The position numbers and the translations under genes were made by a program. The notes under the pieces were generated by a model that ran no database searches, was not told the origin of the DNA, and saw nothing but the letters and a program-made list of their open reading frames with translations. 50,408 nucleotides of DNA from Chloroflexota bacterium (lineage in GTDB: Bacteria; Chloroflexota; Dehalococcoidia; Lucifugimonadales; Australimonadaceae), in NCBI GenBank assembly GCA_022561985.1, contig JADFQE010000004.1, forward strand, positions 1-50,408, in the 5' to 3' direction. Below, one piece after another: positions 20,114 to 29,177 of the stretch (positions within the stretch are counted from its first letter, which is position 1; each line of letters begins with the position of its first letter).

Positions 20114-21400
20114 ATGGTGACCGAGAAGGAACGCGAGCAGACGGCGGCGGCCGAGCCGCTGCCCTACCTCGGGCGCAGCGCGCGCATCGTCGGCGACTGG
20201 CGCTCGGTCGACGTGGAGCAGACGCCCCACAACAAGAACAACCGGGGCGAGCTGGGCAAGGCGCTCTACTACTACCGGAACAACCGCGTCTCGCCCGACC
20301 CCCTCAGCCGCATCGAGACCTCCGCGCTCTCGGCCGACCGGCGGAACACCTTCGAGCGCGTCCTCGCGCAGGCGCCGGCCGGCGCCATCAACCCCGAGCG
20401 CGTGCCCGTCCCCGACCCCAAGGCGATGACGGCGCACATCAAGCGCGTCGCCAAGTACCTGGGGGCCTCCGACGTCGGCATCATGCGCATCCGCGCGCCG
20501 TTCCTGTACGCCAAGGGCGCCTATCCGGACGAGGGCACCGGCGCGGTCGCCACGGACTCGAGCTCGCTCACGCCCGAGGAGGCTTCGGAGCGCTACCCCT
20601 ACGCCATCGCCCTGGTCTACGCGTGGGACTACGAGATGGGCCGCGCCCACCGCCACCGCATCGGCGACGCGGCCTACCACTTCGGCGCGGAGCACCTGCG
20701 CGCGACCTACGCCAACTTGGCGTCGTACATCAAGGAGCTCGGCTACTCCGTCGTCCAGCGCGTGGCCACGCCCATGCCGGTGGCACTCGCCGCCGGGCTC
20801 GGCGAGATGGGCCGCCACGGCATGCTCATCACGGAGCGCTTCGGAGCGCGCGTGCACCTCGGGTCACCGATCCTCACGGACATGCCCTTGGTCACGGACG
20901 AGCCCATCGACCTCGGCGTCACTGACTTCTGCCAGGTCTGCAACAAGTGCGCGACCGCCTGCCCGACGAACAGCATCACGACCGGGGGCAAGGCCGTCGT
21001 CAACGGGGTCGAGAAGTTCAAGATCAACTGGGAGACGTGCTACCGGCTCCGCCCGCACGTCGTGGACTACTGGTCGTCGTGCCTGACGTGTGTCGCGGTC
21101 TGCCCCTACACGAAGCCCAACGTCTGGTGGCGGACGGTGGCCATACGGGCGATCAAGTGGACCCCGATCCCCCTCCGCGGCCTCGTCACCCGGCCGCTCA
21201 AATTGATCGACGACACCTTCTGGGGCAAGCTCGGCCGCAAGCGAGTCCGGTTCATGAGCTACGATTCCGGCAGCCTGAAGCTGCCGGACGGCACGCACGT
21301 GGGGCCCGAAGGCGACACGGGGTACTACTACCCGCTCAAAGAGAACGCCCGGCGGTTCGACCTGCTCAAGGCGAAGCTCAAGAGCAAGCCCGACGCCTAG
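20114..21400 (+). CDS. Reductive dehalogenase-like (RdhA/QueG superfamily) cobalamin and 2x[4Fe-4S] protein
   Basis: LGASDVGI, AGLGEMGRHGMLIT...ILTDMPL, FCQVCNKCATACP and C-x13-CLTCVAVCP. No Tat signal, no rdhB. Confidence 0.8.
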   Translation: MVTEKEREQTAAAEPLPYLGRSARIVGDWRSVDVEQTPHNKNNRGELGKALYYYRNNRVSPDPLSRIETSALSADRRNTFERVLAQAPAGAINPERVPVPDPKAMTAHIKRVAKYLGASDVGIMRIRAPFLYAKGAYPDEGTGAVATDSSSLTPEEASERYPYAIALVYAWDYEMGRAHRHRIGDAAYHFGAEHLRATYANLASYIKELGYSVVQRVATPMPVALAAGLGEMGRHGMLITERFGARVHLGSPILTDMPLVTDEPIDLGVTDFCQVCNKCATACPTNSITTGGKAVVNGVEKFKINWETCYRLRPHVVDYWSSCLTCVAVCPYTKPNVWWRTVAIRAIKWTPIPLRGLVTRPLKLIDDTFWGKLGRKRVRFMSYDSGSLKLPDGTHVGPEGDTGYYYPLKENARRFDLLKAKLKSKPDA

Positions 21401-21447
21401 GGCGCGGGGACCAGACGCTGGGCACGCTCGGCGTTGTCGTGGCGCGC

Positions 21448-21849
21448 TCAGACCCCGAGAAGCTCGAGCGCCCTCGCGAGGAGCTCCGCCGGGCGGAAGG
21501 GCTTGGTCATGTAGCCGTCGGCGCCCGCCTCCAGCGCTTTGTGCATCGTGGAGTGCTGCGCGAAGGCCGTTAGCACGACGACCTTGATGTCGGCCGTCGC
21601 GGGGTCCGCCTTGATCGCCCGGCACACGTCGTAGCCGTCCATGCCCGGCATCATGACGTCGAGGAACACCAGCTCCGGGTGCGCGGTCCGGCAGATCTCG
21701 ATCGCGGACGGGCCGTCCGAGGCGACCAGCGCATCGAGCGCGGGATGCCTGTCGAGGGTCGCCTGCCCGAGCTCGCGGATCAGGGCTTCGTCGTCGACCA
21801 CCAGTACCTTCTTGCGCACGGGCTTGCGCACGACGTCCGCCTCGCTCAT
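21448..21849 (-). CDS. Stand-alone response regulator receiver (CheY-like)
   Basis: VLVVDDE, VFLDVMMPGMDG, LTA, TKPF; overlaps the kinase stop codon. Confidence 0.93.
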   Translation of the reverse strand: MSEADVVRKPVRKKVLVVDDEALIRELGQATLDRHPALDALVASDGPSAIEICRTAHPELVFLDVMMPGMDGYDVCRAIKADPATADIKVVVLTAFAQHSTMHKALEAGADGYMTKPFRPAELLARALELLGV

Positions 21850-24764
21850 GGGGTCCAGGCCGACTCTTCCACCCGGGAGCCGAGCCTGGCGATCGGCACG
21901 GTGAAGAAGAACGTGGAGCCGCGGCCCGGCTCGCTCTCGAGCCAGACCTCGCCGCCCATGAGGCCCACGAGCTGCCGGACGATATAGAGGCCGAGGCCCG
22001 ACCCGCGGATGTGGTCCGTCTCGGCGTTGCGGACGCGGTGGAAGGTCTCGAAGACCGCCTCGGCGTCCTTGGGATGGATGCCGATCCCCTCGTCCGAGAT
22101 GCTGATGACGACCCGCTCGTCGCGCGGCTCGTGCCGCCCGCTGACGACGATCCTGCCGCCCTTGGGGCTGTACTTCATCGCGTTGGTCAGCAGGTTCATC
22201 AGGACCTGAGAGAGCTTGTTGCGGTCCGCGAGCACCTTCGGCAGGAACGGGCCGCAGTCCACGATGAAGTCGTGCATCTCCGTCGTGGGCGCGAGCACCG
22301 CCACCACGTCCGCGATGCTCTCGTGCATGGCGATGCGCTCCACGGTCAGCCCGACCTTCCCCGATTGGATGCGCGAGACATCCAGCATGTCGTCCAGGAT
22401 CCCCGTGAGCCGCTGGGTCTCCTCCGAGATGTACTTGAGCCAGCGCTGCTGGCGGGAGTCGTTCCCAACCTCGTCCAGCAGCAGGTCCGTGAAGCCGATG
22501 ATCGTCGTCATCGGCGTGCGGAGCTCGTGCGAGGCCACGGACACGAAGGTGTCGCGCCGGCGGTCGAGGTCGCGGTCCTGGGTCACGTCCCGGATCAGGA
22601 TGCCGACCATGCCTTCGTCGGGCGAGAGAGCGATGGGGAAGCTGCTCAGGGACAGGTCCAAGCGCTGCGGCCGGACCATGACGAGGTCCACCCTCGCGTC
22701 CTTCGCGCTGCCGTCCACGAGCGACATGAGCGCCGTGGCCGCCGCAGAGGGGTCCTCGAAGTCGGGCGCGCGCGCGTCCACCAGCTCGCTGAAGAGCCGG
22801 CCTTTCGCTGCGCTCGCAGCAACCGCGAGGAGGGTCTCCGCCGCGCCGTTGAAGTACACCACGCGCCCATCGGCATCGAGCACGACGAGGCCCTCGGTGA
22901 TGGAGGCTTGGATCGCGGTCAGCGTGCTGCGCTCACGGGTCTGCGCGGCGTAGAGCCGGAGGTTGTCGATGAGCACGCTGGCAAGCATGGCGAAGAGGTC
23001 GAGCAGCCGCTGATCGTCGTCGTTGAATGCCGTGTCGTCGCTCTTGCCCTCCAGGTAGAAGACGCCGCGGCCCAGGTCCCGGGACCGGAAGGACGACGCC
23101 AGCGACGAAGGGGTGTCTGCGTCGGAGGGGCTCCGGGAGATCGACGGAGGCCCGCCGAGGCCCGCCGCCGCCAGGGTCGGCAGGTATTCGCCGATCACCT
23201 TCACGGCCTCGCCCTGCGCGTTCCAGACGACCACGGCGCCGTGGCGCGCACCGACGAGGTCGCGGGCGGCCTCCACGAGCTGCTCGAGGGTCTGGTCCGC
23301 GTTCTCCTCCAGGGCGAGCCGGCTCGCCGCCGCCTGGAAGGCCTCGGTGCGCTTCCGCCCCGTGGCGAGCTGCGCGTGCACCTCCTGGTACAGCCGGGCG
23401 TTCTCCATGCCCGTCGCGGCCTGGTTGGCCACGGCCTGGAGCAGGTCCACGTCCTCCTGGCTGTAGCGCCCGCCGCGCTCCCGTTGGCCCAGGAGCAGGA
23501 CGCCGGCGAGCTCACCCCTGGAGATGACCGGCACGTAGAGCCGGAAATTCGCCTTCTCCAGGGCGTCTCGGGTCGCCTTGCTCAGCGCCTGCCACTCGGG
23601 GAGCAGCGAGAGCTCCTCCGCGAACATCACCCGCTCCAGACGGGCCAGGCGCGCGAAGGCGGCGCTGCCGGCGGCGAAGGGAACCGATAGCGAGAGGTCG
23701 ATCCCGGACGCGGCCGTGAGCCGGAAGCCTCCGCCCCGGCCGTCGGGCTGGAGCAGCCCAACGAACTGGGCGTCGACGGACCGGCGCACGAGCTCGACCA
23801 GCGTGCTGGCGAAGGTGTCGGCGTCGGTGATGTCCCGGATGCCCTGGCTGAAGCGCTCCAGCGCCCGCAGCGAGGAGTACCGCCCCCGGAAGAAGCCCTG
23901 GTCCACCCAGCGCTGCACGCGCTCATTGAAGCGCGGGACCGTGGCGACGACGACGACGGCGAAGGTGAGCGTGAACGTCAGCGCCGGCGGCGCGAGCGCC
24001 GTCCCCGACAGGCGCCCGATGACGGCGTGGACGAGCGCGTAGCTCGCGAGGACGAACCCCACGAGCAGCGCGGACGAGATGGACTTCCTGCCCACGAGCT
24101 TGATGTCGATGAGCCGGCCCTTGAGCATCGCGAAGGTGACGAGGACCGCGAAGAGCACGTTGCCGACGATGCCGGCCGGGAAGATGGGCACGCCGAGGAC
24201 CGGCAGCACGTCGGTCGTCGCGCCGATCAGCGACGCGATGATCCCCGCCATCACGTAGCTGGCCCGGTTTCGGATCGCCGGCGACTCGCCGTGACGGATG
24301 GCGTGCCCGATGTTCCCCAGACCGATGGCGGTGGCGGTGTAGGTCACGACGAGGAACGGGACGAACCCGGGGCCCATGATGAATGCGTAGCCGTAGTCCT
24401 TGAGCTGCATGCCGGTGACGATGACGCCCAGGAACGTCGCGACGCCGATGACCGCGACAGCGCTGTACGCGAGGGGCATGACGAGCTTGAACGGGGACAG
24501 GCGGGCGAAGGAGTAGGTGAAGTGGAGGAAGAGGACCGTGATGAGCGCCAGGTCCACGATGACGAGCTTTTCCCAGAGGTAGGCGTCCTCGAGGGTCGCG
24601 CTCGACCGCATCATGTAGAGCAGACCGCCCCACATGGCCATGCTCAGCAGGAACAGCGCGAAGGGACGGCCACCCTTGGCCTGCCACTGCCCCCTCCACG
24701 CGAAGAGCGCCAGGCCCAGGTTCGCAACCAGGGCGATGAGCGGCAGCAGCAGATACATCGACAT
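21846..24764 (-). CDS. Sensor histidine kinase: N-terminal multi-TM (HisKA_7TM-like), GAF, GAF-like, PAS, HisKA, HATPase
   Basis: ~280-aa hydrophobic N-terminus; YSQEDVDLLQAVANQAA GAF end; PAS EGLVVLDADGRVVYFN; SHELRTP, NLLTNAMKYS, DEGIGI, GSGLGL. Confidence 0.92.
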   Translation of the reverse strand: MSMYLLLPLIALVANLGLALFAWRGQWQAKGGRPFALFLLSMAMWGGLLYMMRSSATLEDAYLWEKLVIVDLALITVLFLHFTYSFARLSPFKLVMPLAYSAVAVIGVATFLGVIVTGMQLKDYGYAFIMGPGFVPFLVVTYTATAIGLGNIGHAIRHGESPAIRNRASYVMAGIIASLIGATTDVLPVLGVPIFPAGIVGNVLFAVLVTFAMLKGRLIDIKLVGRKSISSALLVGFVLASYALVHAVIGRLSGTALAPPALTFTLTFAVVVVATVPRFNERVQRWVDQGFFRGRYSSLRALERFSQGIRDITDADTFASTLVELVRRSVDAQFVGLLQPDGRGGGFRLTAASGIDLSLSVPFAAGSAAFARLARLERVMFAEELSLLPEWQALSKATRDALEKANFRLYVPVISRGELAGVLLLGQRERGGRYSQEDVDLLQAVANQAATGMENARLYQEVHAQLATGRKRTEAFQAAASRLALEENADQTLEQLVEAARDLVGARHGAVVVWNAQGEAVKVIGEYLPTLAAAGLGGPPSISRSPSDADTPSSLASSFRSRDLGRGVFYLEGKSDDTAFNDDDQRLLDLFAMLASVLIDNLRLYAAQTRERSTLTAIQASITEGLVVLDADGRVVYFNGAAETLLAVAASAAKGRLFSELVDARAPDFEDPSAAATALMSLVDGSAKDARVDLVMVRPQRLDLSLSSFPIALSPDEGMVGILIRDVTQDRDLDRRRDTFVSVASHELRTPMTTIIGFTDLLLDEVGNDSRQQRWLKYISEETQRLTGILDDMLDVSRIQSGKVGLTVERIAMHESIADVVAVLAPTTEMHDFIVDCGPFLPKVLADRNKLSQVLMNLLTNAMKYSPKGGRIVVSGRHEPRDERVVISISDEGIGIHPKDAEAVFETFHRVRNAETDHIRGSGLGLYIVRQLVGLMGGEVWLESEPGRGSTFFFTVPIARLGSRVEESAWTP

Positions 24765-24769
24765 GGGCC

Positions 24770-26419
24770 CTAGACCACCAGGCTCGGTGTTGGCCCGACG
24801 CCCGTTGCGCCGGTGCCCTTCGCTTCGATGACGAGCCGGCTCTTGAGCATCAGCTCCTCGATCTCCTCGTCGGCCGCATTGATGTGCGGGATGGCCTGGC
24901 GGTCGAGGTCCACGCGCCGCGCGCGGCGGTCCTTGGCATAGGCATCGAACGCCCCCGGCTCGATGGCCGCGATCCGCAGCGGCCGCACGGCGAGCATCTC
25001 CTGGAGGTCGCGGTAGTAGGTGTCGCGGTCGAGCAGGCTGCGGTGGAGCGCGGCCTCGACCTCCACGCCGTCGCGGCCGGTGCGCTCCATGTACACGCGG
25101 AGGACCGGGTCCGGCCCCTCGTACTCGCGGCGGGCGGTCCACGTGAACGGGGAGAGCCCGGCATCGCGCATGGCCGCCGCGATCGTGGCCTCGTCCAACC
25201 GCGTGAAGCCCGCGATATCGATCAGGTCGTTGACGCGCCCGCACGGGACCACCTGCGGCAGGGCGATGCCCGCGTCTTCGTCCGAGAGGGCGAGCACGTC
25301 GACCAGGACGCCGGTGCGGTAGCGCAGGAACGGCATGCCGACGCACGAGGTGATGACGACCTCGTAGCGCACCCCCGGCTCGATCTCGTCCATCAGGACC
25401 GTCCCCAGATCCGATGGCCCGGCGCCATCCCGCGCGAGGGCGTCCTCCTCACGGATGAATTCGAAGAAGTTGGTCCCGGGCACGAAGGTCATGCCCGCAC
25501 GCGTCCAGCTCTGCATCGCCAGGATGCCGCCCTCCGTGATGGCGAGGAACTCGTAGGGGTCGCACCCCCAGTAGTGGCGGATCTGGTCGCGGTAGACGCC
25601 GGTATCGGTGCCCCAGCACACGAGCGCCTTGAGCTTCCAGAGGTCCTTGGGCAGCACCGCGCGGCCCTCCCGCTTGGCCCTGAGGACGGCGCCAAGCATC
25701 CGCCAGGCGACGTTCGGCCTGCGCAGCAGGCCGATCGCTGAGCGGCCCTTGGAGCGCTGCTCGAAGGACTCGCCCATCTTCAGGAGGACGCTGGTCATGG
25801 ACGCGACGACGTCCACGCCACCCGCCAGCGCGCGCTCGAACCCGAGGGCCACCTTGTCCTGGAAATCGAGATCCTCCGCCTCGTCGAACCCGACGACGGC
25901 CCGGAGCTGGACCCGCTCGGCCAACCCCTGGGCAAGCATGCCCGAGAGGTAGGGACTCGGGGGGAAGTTGTAGAGGATGCGGTCCTGCGCTTCGAGGCGC
26001 GTGTCTCCCCTGCCGTCCGCCGCGGCCAGCAGGAACGCCGCCGTGGAGCCGTCCATGAGGTGCTCGAAAGCGGCCTGGTTGTAGGGGACCAACGCCTCGT
26101 CCATGTTCAGGCGGCTGGTCTTCGCCCAGAAGATGGGGGGCTCGGGCAGCGTGATCGACATGAGCGGCTGGAAGAAGCTCCGGTAGTCCTCGAAGCTCGT
26201 GAGGGGGGCCACCCTCCTCAGCTGCTCGACCGACGCGACGGCGTGTCCGTCGAGGAACGTCCTTCCTATGCCGGACTTCGCGAGCGCGGGGAGTGCCTCC
26301 ATCAGCCTGCCGCGCTGGACCTCCATGAACGCAGGCGTCGAGAGATCCAAGAAGCCGCAGTACTTCTCCCAGGTGAGATGGCTCGGTACCCCGGCCGCTA
26401 GCGCCTGACTCCGGTACAT
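24770..26419 (-). CDS. GH3-family (acyl-adenylate/amido synthetase fold) protein with degenerate motifs
   Basis: PLTSFEDY, xTEGG, NFFEFI, YEVVITS, LRYRTG, GR hinge; 549 aa; ends 5 bp upstream of the kinase start. Confidence 0.75.
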   Translation of the reverse strand: MYRSQALAAGVPSHLTWEKYCGFLDLSTPAFMEVQRGRLMEALPALAKSGIGRTFLDGHAVASVEQLRRVAPLTSFEDYRSFFQPLMSITLPEPPIFWAKTSRLNMDEALVPYNQAAFEHLMDGSTAAFLLAAADGRGDTRLEAQDRILYNFPPSPYLSGMLAQGLAERVQLRAVVGFDEAEDLDFQDKVALGFERALAGGVDVVASMTSVLLKMGESFEQRSKGRSAIGLLRRPNVAWRMLGAVLRAKREGRAVLPKDLWKLKALVCWGTDTGVYRDQIRHYWGCDPYEFLAITEGGILAMQSWTRAGMTFVPGTNFFEFIREEDALARDGAGPSDLGTVLMDEIEPGVRYEVVITSCVGMPFLRYRTGVLVDVLALSDEDAGIALPQVVPCGRVNDLIDIAGFTRLDEATIAAAMRDAGLSPFTWTARREYEGPDPVLRVYMERTGRDGVEVEAALHRSLLDRDTYYRDLQEMLAVRPLRIAAIEPGAFDAYAKDRRARRVDLDRQAIPHINAADEEIEELMLKSRLVIEAKGTGATGVGPTPSLVV

Positions 26420-26692
26420 CGAAAGCCCCCGATCACACGCTCCGGGCGGAGCGGGACAAATCAGGCTAGCCCAGGGGGGTCGTGAATTGACCCTATGAAC
26501 GCGACGGCTAAAGAGAATCGTCCGAAAGTACTAGCCCATCACCCGAAAGGAGTAGAGACACCCGTCCCTTGGGACGCTGCGACGGAGGGGGCGCTGCGGC
26601 AGGGGCGGCCGATGCTGACGGTGGCGGGCGCCGCGTACTACACTATCGGCCGTCGCCCACTGCGGTGCGACACTCTTCTGAAGGGGGCGCCG

Positions 26693-27814
26693 ATGGTACG
26701 CAGCTACTTCACACACGACAACTGGATGGAGAAGCAGGCCGACGGCGGAGTGCCGGTCTACCACGACTGCTACGTCGACGACCTGCGCACGCTCAAGCTC
26801 GGCCACTGGGCCATGCGCGACTGCGATGCCGCGTTCATCCGCTTCACGGACATGGGCGGCGTCACGGAGGCCCGCGTCCAGGAGATCCCCCCCGGCGGCT
26901 CGCTCAAGCCATTCAAGCTGGGCGTCGACGAGATGGTGTACGTGCTCAGCGGCACGGGACTAGCCTCCGTCTGGGGACGCTCGGCCGAGGTCCGCCGCGA
27001 TTTCGAGTGGTCTGCCAGGAGCGTCTTCATCATCCCGCGGAACTCCTGGTGCGAGCTCCGGAACATGGAGGGTGACAAGCCGGTGCGCCTGCTGCACTAC
27101 AACTACCTGCCCATCGCCATGAGCGTCATCCCCGACCCCTCCTTCTTCTTCAACAACCCCGACGTCAACGACAGCCTGATCGACGACGCCGACGCCAACT
27201 TCTTCTCCGAGGCCAAGGACTTCGTCAAGGAGTTCGGCAGCGCCTGGGGCAAGGTGGGCGGCCAGGTCTGGCGCGGCAACTTCTACCCCGACCTCTTGGC
27301 GTGGGACAAGATCGTGAGCGTCGGAGACCGGGGGGCCGGCGGCGCGTCCGTCTACATGTACGTGCCCGGCTCGGAGATGTCGTGTCACATGTCGGTGTTC
27401 CCCCCGGGTACCTACAAGAAGGCGCACCGCCACGGACCGGGGCGCCTCATCATCATCCCCGGCGGCGAAGGCTTCTCCATCATGTGGCCCGCGGGCGGCG
27501 AGAACGACAAGAAGATCTACCGCTGGCACGAGGGAAGCGCGCTGACCCCGCCCGACCAGTGGTTCCACCAGCACTTCAACCTCGGCTCCAAGCCGGCCCG
27601 CTACTTCGCCCTCCACCCACCCGTGCAGTTCATCGGCAAGGAAGAGGACGCGCAGGGCAACTCGACCGAAGTGAACATCGAGTACGTCGACGAGGACCCG
27701 TGGATCCGCCAGGTCTTCGAGGAGGAGCTCGCCAAGCACGGCCTCACGACGGGGATGCCGGAAGAGTGCTACACGGACCGGGATTACAAGTTCAAGAGCG
27801 TCAAGCTCTCCTAG
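26693..27814 (+). CDS. Bicupin protein, gentisate-1,2-dioxygenase-like metal site in the C-terminal cupin
   Basis: DEMVYVLSGTG (N-cupin); KAHRHGPG and QWFHQHFN (C-cupin). Confidence 0.75.
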   Translation: MVRSYFTHDNWMEKQADGGVPVYHDCYVDDLRTLKLGHWAMRDCDAAFIRFTDMGGVTEARVQEIPPGGSLKPFKLGVDEMVYVLSGTGLASVWGRSAEVRRDFEWSARSVFIIPRNSWCELRNMEGDKPVRLLHYNYLPIAMSVIPDPSFFFNNPDVNDSLIDDADANFFSEAKDFVKEFGSAWGKVGGQVWRGNFYPDLLAWDKIVSVGDRGAGGASVYMYVPGSEMSCHMSVFPPGTYKKAHRHGPGRLIIIPGGEGFSIMWPAGGENDKKIYRWHEGSALTPPDQWFHQHFNLGSKPARYFALHPPVQFIGKEEDAQGNSTEVNIEYVDEDPWIRQVFEEELAKHGLTTGMPEECYTDRDYKFKSVKLS

Positions 27815-27837
27815 GATCGCGCACTCGGGAGCAACCC

Positions 27838-29142
27838 ATGTTGACCCAGGAGCAGAACGAGCGGCTCACCCAGGTTGGTCCGGGCACGCCGATGGGCGTG
27901 CTGATGCGGCGCTACTGGCACCCCATCGCCGGGAGCGCCCAGCTCAACGACGACACGCCCACCAGGGAGGTCCGCCTCCTGGGCGAGGACCTGGTGCTCT
28001 TCCGAAGCTCGGCGGGCAAGCTCGGGCTGATCGAGCCAAGCTGCGCGCACCGCAAGGCGAACCTCTCCTACGGCATCCCCGAGCCAGAGGGCATCCGCTG
28101 CCCCTACCACGGCTGGCTCTACGACGAGAGCGGCCAGTGCATCGACCAGCCTTCGGAGCCCGAGGGCAGCCGCTTCAAGGAGAAGGTCAAGCTCAAGGCC
28201 TACCCCGTCGAGGAGCTCGGCGGGCTGATCTTCACCTACATGGGCCCCGAGCCCGCGCCGCTCCTCCCGCGATACGACGTGCTCGCCTGGGACGGGATCA
28301 AGGACGCGCACTCGACCGTCCTGCCGTGCAACTGGCTCCAGTGCATGGAGAACTCGCTGGACCCGCTGCACTTCCAGTGGCTCCACCGCTACTGGGGCGG
28401 GTGGACCATGAACCGCACGAAGTCGGCCGCGGAGCGGGACGCTTGGAACGCGCAGGTGGGCGCCCGGGGCGCCGAGCACCGCAAGATCGGCTTCGAGATG
28501 ACGGACTACGGCGTGATCAAGCGGCGGCTCGTGGGGGATGAGACGGAGGCGGACGACCACTGGCGCGTCGGTCACCCCATCCTGTTCCCGACGATCCTGC
28601 GGGTGAGCCACGGGCTCGAGTTCCGCGTGCCCATCGACGACACGCACACCCTGCACCTCATCACCAACTACCGCCAGCGCGAGAAGGGCGAGGAGGCTCA
28701 GACCGAGGTCCCCTTCGTGGACCGGCCCCTCTACGACGAGGCCGGCCTGCTGATCCGTGACTACATTCCCGCCCAGGACCAGGTCGCCTGGATCATCCAG
28801 GGCCCGGTGAGCGACCGCACGACGGAGCGCCTCGGCGTGACCGACGTCGGTATCATCATGTTCCGCCGCATGCTGGAGGAGCAGATGAACGTGGTGGCGG
28901 ACGGCGGAGACCCGCTGAACACCCACCGTGACCCGGCGGAGAACGAGACCATCGTCCTGCCCTGCGAGTACTACATGTACCCCGGCTACGACGAGGTCGG
29001 CGGCCCGTTCAAGGACGCCGTCCCGCGCGAGCCGGACGTGCAGGCCGTGCTCTCGGGCGAGGGCGCTACGCGCGATGAGTGGGAGGGCATCGAGGCCCGG
29101 AGACGTGTCTGGGGCATCGGGCCGGCCAGAGAGTACAAGTAG
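27838..29142 (+). CDS. Rieske non-heme iron oxygenase alpha subunit, LigXa (DDVA O-demethylase)-like
   Basis: MLTQEQNERLTQVGPGTPMG, CAHR...CPYHGW Rieske motif, CNWLQCMENSLDPLHFQWLH, FRVPIDD, QDQVAW. Confidence 0.85.
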   Translation: MLTQEQNERLTQVGPGTPMGVLMRRYWHPIAGSAQLNDDTPTREVRLLGEDLVLFRSSAGKLGLIEPSCAHRKANLSYGIPEPEGIRCPYHGWLYDESGQCIDQPSEPEGSRFKEKVKLKAYPVEELGGLIFTYMGPEPAPLLPRYDVLAWDGIKDAHSTVLPCNWLQCMENSLDPLHFQWLHRYWGGWTMNRTKSAAERDAWNAQVGARGAEHRKIGFEMTDYGVIKRRLVGDETEADDHWRVGHPILFPTILRVSHGLEFRVPIDDTHTLHLITNYRQREKGEEAQTEVPFVDRPLYDEAGLLIRDYIPAQDQVAWIIQGPVSDRTTERLGVTDVGIIMFRRMLEEQMNVVADGGDPLNTHRDPAENETIVLPCEYYMYPGYDEVGGPFKDAVPREPDVQAVLSGEGATRDEWEGIEARRRVWGIGPAREYK

Positions 29143-29177
29143 GCCGCGCCAGAACCCGGGGCGCTGGCGCCGCGCCG

